Shown piece by piece: positions 49,953 to 54,867 of a stretch of 54,867 bases of DNA. Under the pieces are notes generated by a model that worked only from the letters and a program-made list of their open reading frames with translations, was not told the origin of the DNA and did no database searches. Location: positions 1-54,867 of IMG/VR virus record IMGVR_UViG_3300043434_000561; one strand, given 5' to 3'. The DNA is from a virus. Its lineage: Duplodnaviria > Caudoviricetes. The position numbers were made by a program, and so were the translations under genes. Each line of letters begins with the position of its first letter. The stretch's first letter is position 1.

Positions 49953-51188
49953 TTATTTCCAGCTAATCCAGGCCGAGTCCTTCTTCCCCGGCAACCGATC
50001 GACGAGCACCGGCGCCGAAAAGGTAATGCCGTGGGTTGGGTGCGTGATCCAGAGCGCCTGGCGCGGCGGCTCGAAGCCGAAATTGTTTTGATAAGCGTAC
50101 TCGTCGTACCCCTTGAGGCTGCCGTTTACGATCAGCCGTTGAAGCTGGATGAGCTGGTGCCAGTGTCCGAGCAGAAGGGTGTCGTATTCCATGTCGATCT
50201 GGGCGTTGCGTGATCGCTTTTTGTGGTCGCCGCGAATGATGGGGCCAAGCGCTCCGATCATTCCATCTCCGCCTCTGAACTGGTCCCCATGCGTAAGCAC
50301 GTATTTGTGGCCGTAGATCTGGTAATGGGCGTCCGATCCGTCCGGAATTAGGAACCGCACCCGCTTGTCGTTCTCAAAACGCTTGGCCAGAAATTGATAG
50401 CAGAGCCAGTCGAATGACGTGAAATTGCGCCCCTTGGCGCGGATCTTGTGGGTGTTCCGGCCGTGATTGCCGCTGACGCAGGGCACAAACACAGCGCCGA
50501 ATTCGTCGGCCAGCGTCTCGATGCACCAGACCAGCGTAGCCCACAGGTCGATGACCGTGGGCATGATCTCTTTTTCATTGGTGGCGCTGAGTTCCTCGTG
50601 GATGTCGCCGCTGACCATATCGCCGCCAAGGGCAAACACGATGCCCGGATAGTTCTTGTGGGCGATGTGGTTCTTGAGCAGATCGACTGCGACCTCGATC
50701 ATGGTCCTGGCCCGCTGCCGGGCGATGGCGATGTTGTAATCGTTGACCCCGTTGACCTGGTTGGGGTCCACGACCTCGCCCCAGTGCCAGTCCGATGCCA
50801 GAAGGGTAGGGACGCCGGTGACATTCGAGCCTTTGGGTTCCCGCACCAGCCATTCCGGCGGCTCGACCTTTTTCTCGGCCAACTTGAAAATCTTGCGCTT
50901 GATGAATTCCTCGCTCAGGCCTTCCTTGTGCTGCGTATGGATCTGAAGGTTCAATTGCCTGACCTGATCGCGCAGGATCGAGAGCTCGAGCGCCTGATTT
51001 TTTTTGGCGTCTTTCTGAAGCTCATCGGAAGGCTTGATGTTGAGTCGCTGCGCGGTATCAAGTCTGGCCCTCAACGTGTTCGCCGGAATGCCGAGCTCTC
51101 GAGCGGCTCGCTCTTTGTTTGAGCCGACCTTGTAATAGGTATCCACTGCCTGCTGCAAAATATGCGTTGGAACTGGTTTTTGCGCCAT
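49953..51188 (-). CDS. calcineurin-like metallophosphoesterase with N-terminal HTH
   Basis: SDWHWG, GGDMVSGDIH, GNHGR, THGD, GHWH; N-terminal NKERAARELGIPANTL. Confidence 0.85.
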   Translation of the reverse strand: MAQKPVPTHILQQAVDTYYKVGSNKERAARELGIPANTLRARLDTAQRLNIKPSDELQKDAKKNQALELSILRDQVRQLNLQIHTQHKEGLSEEFIKRKIFKLAEKKVEPPEWLVREPKGSNVTGVPTLLASDWHWGEVVDPNQVNGVNDYNIAIARQRARTMIEVAVDLLKNHIAHKNYPGIVFALGGDMVSGDIHEELSATNEKEIMPTVIDLWATLVWCIETLADEFGAVFVPCVSGNHGRNTHKIRAKGRNFTSFDWLCYQFLAKRFENDKRVRFLIPDGSDAHYQIYGHKYVLTHGDQFRGGDGMIGALGPIIRGDHKKRSRNAQIDMEYDTLLLGHWHQLIQLQRLIVNGSLKGYDEYAYQNNFGFEPPRQALWITHPTHGITFSAPVLVDRLPGKKDSAWISWK

Positions 51189-51196
51189 TTTTCCCC

Positions 51197-51610
51197 CTAA
51201 AGTTTTTTGCGCCAGTACAGGCTGTAGCCGTAGGCCCACGGCTTCGACGGATCGAAAAGCCGGTAGCCCCTGGCGATCAGACTATTGGAACTGGCTGGAT
51301 TGTTGGTGGTGTCGGTCAGCGACCAGACGAAGCCTTTGCGCCTGGCAAACCGCTCGCGCAGGCCGATCATGCGCTTTTGCAGGCCCATGCCCCGGTATTC
51401 AGGGATTACGCCTGCTCTGGCCAGGTAAACGGTGTCGCTCCACCGCAAGGACGGAGAGACGACACAAAAAGCCACAGGCTTTTCGCCGTCATATCCGATC
51501 CAGTACCAGCCTGCTGCAAAGTAAGGTTTGTCGTGAGGCAGGCAGATCTTCTGCAAGCGCTCAAGTGCCGCCCTGTGTCTCTGCTGAGATACACGGCAAA
51601 AGGAGATCAT
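51197..51610 (-). CDS. GNAT acetyltransferase
   Basis: GVIPEYRGMGLQKRMI; NPASSNSLIARGY. Confidence 0.85.
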   Translation of the reverse strand: MISFCRVSQQRHRAALERLQKICLPHDKPYFAAGWYWIGYDGEKPVAFCVVSPSLRWSDTVYLARAGVIPEYRGMGLQKRMIGLRERFARRKGFVWSLTDTTNNPASSNSLIARGYRLFDPSKPWAYGYSLYWRKKL

Positions 51611-51722
51611 GACGAAGTGCTAGTCTTGTCCATGTCTCCGATCATATCAAAGAACTATTGATAGGTGATAGAATTACATCTGGCTATGATGTCTCCTCCT
51701 GGCGAGCTCACTCGCCGCCATT

Positions 51723-51753
51723 GCCCCTGCCATCGCGGCGGGGGCTTTTTTTT
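51723..51753 (+). terminator. rho-independent terminator
   Basis: GCCCCTGCC...GGCGGGGGC followed by T8. Confidence 0.7.
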
Positions 51754-51769
51754 GCCTGGCGGGTTAGAC

Positions 51770-51935
51770 TTACGCTGTTGGCCGAGTTTCGGGCTTTTCT
51801 CGGCTTGACCTCCAGCGGACGGTGAGCAACATCCGCAGCCGTAGCGGGCTTACCGCATGGGATCTCCGGCTCGTGATACGGTGGACACCCCGGAAAGACG
51901 GGGGTTATTCACTCCCAATCCGTGTCACAGCGTCT
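51770..51935 (+). ncRNA. putative multi-stem structured RNA
   Basis: Five nested stems closed by ACGCTGT/ACAGCGT; strand inferred. Confidence 0.45.
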
Positions 51936-51943
51936 CACTGTCT

Positions 51944-52188
51944 TGCTGGTCAATTTGGTGGTCAATGGCTGACCGACAATCCAAAAAATGAAGGTAGATC
52001 AGAGGCTTATGCCAAAAGAAAGGAAGCCTCCTCCGCTACCAAGCCCCCTTCCCAAGGGGTTTTATTTTGTCCCAATCGGACCGGCTCGCCCTGGATTTCC
52101 AATGACTTAGCGTTCTAGGCGGTGCCAGACGGTCCCGAAGCGTCGCCATTTGCTGTTGGTCACGATGCTGGTTAATTTCTGCTGGTCA
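51944..52188 (+). other. attP: tRNA-3'-end core flanked by integrase arm repeats
   Basis: Core CCTCCTCCGCTACCA 52027-52041; TG(C/G/T)TGGT(C/T)A repeats at 51944, 51956, 52154, 52166 and 52180. Confidence 0.78.
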
Positions 52189-52212
52189 GCGACCAACGCC
52201 GGATTGACCAGC

Positions 52213-53376
52213 ATGCCCCTCAGCGAAGCCAAGTGCCGGAACGAGAAGCCCGGCGAGAAGCAAAAGAAACTCAGTGACGGCGGCGGGCTGTACCTGCTGG
52301 TTTTGCCGACGGGCGGCAAATCCTGGCGGCTTGGCTATCGGTTCGGCGGCAAGCAGAAGGCCATCTCGTTTGGCCCCTATCCGGCGGTGTCATTGTCCGA
52401 GGCCCGAGGCAAGCGAGACGACGCCAAGAAGCTCTTGGCTGCCGGCAAAGATCCTGGCGTCAGGCAGGAGCCGAAGCCCGGCAACACCTTCGAGGACATC
52501 GCCCGGCGCTGGCACGACAACGAAAAGAGCGGGTGGGTCAAGGCTCATGCCGATCGCGTCTTAAGCCGCATCGAGCGCGACGTATTTCCGCAGATCGGCT
52601 CAAAGCCGATAACCGAGATCGAAGCCCCTGAAATCCTCGAGCTGTTGCGCAAGGTCGAGGCACGCGGCGCTCTCGACATCTCGAAGCGGCTGCGCCAGTC
52701 GATTGGCTCCGTGTTCCGGTTTGCGATTGCCGAGGGAAAGGCCAGGCACAACCCGGCCGCCGACGTGGGTGACGCGCTCAAACCAAAGCCCAAGGTCAAG
52801 CACTTTGCTTCCCTCAAAGCGGCCGACATCCCGGCCCTCATCGAGACCATCAACGCCTACGACGGCGAGCATCAGACCCGGCTCGCCCTGCTGTTGACCC
52901 TGCATACCTTCGTGCGCACGTCGGAAACCCGGTATGCGGCCTGGCCGGAATTCGAGGGTCTCGACGGGCCGGAGCCGCTTTGGCGGATTCCCAAAGAGCG
53001 CATGAAGATGGGGCGGGAGCATCTTGTCCCGCTCTCGCCGCAGGCGGTTGCGATCTTGCGCGAGATCCGGGCGCTGAACGACGCTTTCTATTTGTTCCCA
53101 GGCGCCAATGGCCGGGGCGTCATGAGTCAGAACACGATGATCTTTGCCCTGTATCGCATGGGCTATCACTCAAAGCTCACGGTTCACGGGTTCCGCAGCA
53201 TGGCCTCGACCATCCTGAACGAGGCGCATTTCAACCGCGATTGGATTGAGCGGCAACTGGCCCACGTCGAGGACAACGAGGTGCGGGGCGCATACAACGC
53301 GGCCGAATGGCTGCCAAGCAGGCGGGACATGATGATCTGGTGGTCGAACTATCTCGACGCTAGGCGGCCCGGGTAA
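52213..53376 (+). CDS. int: P4-family tyrosine integrase with Arm-DNA-binding domain
   Basis: LSDGGGLYL; R (FVRTSE), HGFR, QLAH, AYN catalytic motifs. Confidence 0.95.
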   Translation: MPLSEAKCRNEKPGEKQKKLSDGGGLYLLVLPTGGKSWRLGYRFGGKQKAISFGPYPAVSLSEARGKRDDAKKLLAAGKDPGVRQEPKPGNTFEDIARRWHDNEKSGWVKAHADRVLSRIERDVFPQIGSKPITEIEAPEILELLRKVEARGALDISKRLRQSIGSVFRFAIAEGKARHNPAADVGDALKPKPKVKHFASLKAADIPALIETINAYDGEHQTRLALLLTLHTFVRTSETRYAAWPEFEGLDGPEPLWRIPKERMKMGREHLVPLSPQAVAILREIRALNDAFYLFPGANGRGVMSQNTMIFALYRMGYHSKLTVHGFRSMASTILNEAHFNRDWIERQLAHVEDNEVRGAYNAAEWLPSRRDMMIWWSNYLDARRPG

Positions 53377-53539
53377 GGGCTGCCATCCATTGATTGATCT
53401 CGGACTCCCGCCAGCGGACGGATTGGCCGCCGACGCTGACGGGTGCCGGGAAAAGGCCTTGGGCGATCTTCCGGTAGACGGTGGACTTGCCCATGCCGGT
53501 GCGGTCCATAACGTCACGAAGTCTCAAGAGGCGATCCAT
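53360..53539 (-). CDS. AlpA-family excisionase
   Basis: LLRLRDVMDRTGMGKSTVYRKIAQGLFPAPV...VRWRESEI. Confidence 0.9.
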   Translation of the reverse strand: MDRLLRLRDVMDRTGMGKSTVYRKIAQGLFPAPVSVGGQSVRWRESEINQWMAALTRAA

Positions 53540-53565
53540 GCTGATGCTCCGAATCGGTCTGCTAT

Positions 53566-53602
53566 GGGACCATAAAATCACCAGTGGTTCGATTTGGCAA
53601 CC
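53566..53602. promoter_or_regulatory. operator pair upstream of the excisionase
   Basis: GGGA-N9-CACC 53566-53582 and GGTT-N9-AACC 53586-53602. Confidence 0.68.
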
Positions 53603-53605
53603 AGT

Positions 53606-53830
53606 CTAGGCCGAGGAACCCCTTGCTCGGATTGCGGCGGCTATCTTGTCCGTTATTGCCGTGTCCCATTCTCCAACCAACTTCGCACACGCTTCACGCT
53701 CGGCTGCGGCGACTAGGTTGGCAAAGCGTTCGAGGCGGCGCACGATCATGTTCTCGGTTCCAGGTGTTCTCGGGTTGCCGCTGTACAAGCCAGCTTCCAC
53801 CGCCATGCGGATAATGTCGTCGCGGTTCAT
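53606..53830 (-). CDS. hypothetical protein
   Basis: MNRDDIIRMA...AAAEREACAK...AAAIRARG, a common phage early ORF. Confidence 0.78.
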   Translation of the reverse strand: MNRDDIIRMAVEAGLYSGNPRTPGTENMIVRRLERFANLVAAAEREACAKLVGEWDTAITDKIAAAIRARGSSA

Positions 53831-54027
53831 AGGTTTGGGTCTATCCAGAATCCCGCGCCAAAGATCAGCGGGATGGGGTCATAGTCGTCGCCCTCTGCGT
53901 CTTTGATCTGGCGTTGCAGCGAAGTGCATTTTTCCTGCAAATCCATGACTTTGGCATAGGCGTCCTGGCCTTCAGCCATAAGGCGGTTGTGCTCTTTTTT
54001 CAGGTCGTTAATTTCTTTTGGTGTCAT
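53827..54027 (-). CDS. hypothetical protein
   Basis: ATGA-coupled coiled-coil ORF. Confidence 0.65.
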   Translation of the reverse strand: MTPKEINDLKKEHNRLMAEGQDAYAKVMDLQEKCTSLQRQIKDAEGDDYDPIPLIFGAGFWIDPNL

Positions 54028-54152
54028 TGCGGTTTTTCCTCGTCGTTAAAATCCATTTCGGGGGGATGCGGTATGTCGTCGTGCACAATCACGCCGCTCT
54101 CATTTGCCTCAATGAACCTGCCGCACACTACACAGTAGTAACCTTCGTTCAT
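54024..54152 (-). CDS. 42-aa CxxC/His peptide (not in ORF track)
   Basis: MNEGYYCVVCGRFIEANESGVIVHDDIPHPPEMDFNDEEKPQ; coupled on both sides. Confidence 0.6.
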   Translation of the reverse strand: MNEGYYCVVCGRFIEANESGVIVHDDIPHPPEMDFNDEEKPQ

Positions 54153-54364
54153 GCGTTCTTCTCCAATCGTTTCTTGATTTCGTTGATTACAGTTTCGCGG
54201 GTGATCGTCTCACTGCGCTTCATCTCGATCACGGCCAACATGGCCTTGGCCGCCTCCCGGTTCGGCCTGGCGCTCAGCACCAGGCGAACGCAGCACTCGA
54301 GGCAATTCAGGCGGTAATGCCCTGATACTGCCTGTTGTGCGCGTTTGCAGGCATCGCAGGCCAT
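54149..54364 (-). CDS. hypothetical zinc-binding protein
   Basis: CDAC...CLECC. Confidence 0.65.
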   Translation of the reverse strand: MACDACKRAQQAVSGHYRLNCLECCVRLVLSARPNREAAKAMLAVIEMKRSETITRETVINEIKKRLEKNA

Positions 54365-54504
54365 CAGTGGATGTATCCAACGTGGATGAAATAGAGCACA
54401 ATCCAGATGGCCGCGAGGATGCTCAGGCCGATCAGAACCTTGAGCACTTGAAAGGCTCGGTCCATGATTTCGTCAAAGGTCAGCGGTGGTCTTTTGAATT
54501 TCAT
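54364..54504 (-). CDS. small membrane protein
   Basis: AAGGAG RBS; [10 protein letters not shown]...VLIGLSILAAIWIVLYFI. Confidence 0.6.
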   Translation of the reverse strand: MKFKRPPLTFDEIMDRAFQVLKVLIGLSILAAIWIVLYFIHVGYIH

Positions 54505-54686
54505 ACGATCTCCTTGGTTGGTAGTTTGGGTTTGCATTTGCGGTGCGCCTTCGTGAATTCCTTGGTCATGGCCACAAACATCGAGATTGGCGCCGGCAAA
54601 TTCGGAAGGTACGTTGCGCCGCAGTGTTGGCAGCGAAATTCTTGGGTGCGCGTGTCCATTACGACGTGATCGGTGTTTGACTTCAT
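54501..54686 (-). CDS. hypothetical zinc-ribbon protein
   Basis: FRCQHCG...HRKC; ATGA coupling. Confidence 0.65.
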   Translation of the reverse strand: MKSNTDHVVMDTRTQEFRCQHCGATYLPNLPAPISMFVAMTKEFTKAHRKCKPKLPTKEIV

Positions 54687-54867
54687 GCTGCACCGCCTTT
54701 AACGCGACGGAACTCGACCACCCAGACCCACGGGTTGGCGTCCCAAGTGCCAGGGCCGTTGATGGATTCCCAAAGGTTGCGGTACTCTGCTACGGGATCA
54801 ACGTCGGTGGCGTCGTATTCCCCACACTGCTGGATGCGCGGCAACTTCTCACGCACTACCTGGGCAA
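54683..54867 (-). CDS. conserved phage protein (ASCH/PUA-like C-terminus), truncated
   Basis: [28 protein letters not shown]. Confidence 0.75.
   Translation of the reverse strand, partial: AQVVREKLPRIQQCGEYDATDVDPVAEYRNLWESINGPGTWDANPWVWVVEFRRVKGGAA

Noticed and set aside
51800-51840. HDV-like/theta ribozyme suggested by GACCTCCAGCGG
   Set aside because: I could not build the required P3 and nested pseudoknot pairings by eye.
52027-52041. Second tRNA gene
   Set aside because: Only the 3' 15 nt are present with no cloverleaf upstream; interpreted as the att core.
51822-52118. 98-aa ORF across the attP region
   Set aside because: No RBS, atypical composition, and it overlaps structured RNA and att elements.

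Overview
This window is most of the genome of a temperate, podovirus-like (no tape measure) proteobacterial phage with a Bcep22/P22-like late-gene order; both ends are truncated inside leftward early genes. From left to right it contains: RecT/YqaJ recombination genes; a divergent repressor / RsaL-like Cro switch; SSB, Ref, RusA and a DUF1376 plus DnaC-like replication pair with iterons; tRNA-Ser(UGA); TerS and an intein-containing TerL; portal and scaffold; a small anti-defence-like cluster (DUF2829/Tad2-like, Gp49-family, CsrA-like); an N4-gp56-type major capsid; three paralogous tail-fibre modules; a tail hub; GNAT, gp7-like, PAPS-reductase-like and gp20-like ejection-region genes; a 4879-aa DarB-like polyvalent protein; holin, SAR endolysin and embedded spanins; a nucleotide-hydrolase / metallophosphoesterase / GNAT module; an intact attP; a P4-type integrase; and an AlpA excisionase. 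The most striking unexplained signals are: (1) three RBS-equipped genes nested in the +1 frame inside low-complexity linkers of the giant DarB-like gene; (2) a genome-wide 17-bp GGTK-N9-MACC operator, usually paired at 20-bp spacing; (3) several structured non-coding RNA candidates; and (4) a PAPS-reductase-like Fe-S enzyme plus a GNAT flanking a leader-bearing ejection protein. All family assignments come from motif recognition by eye; no database searches were run.
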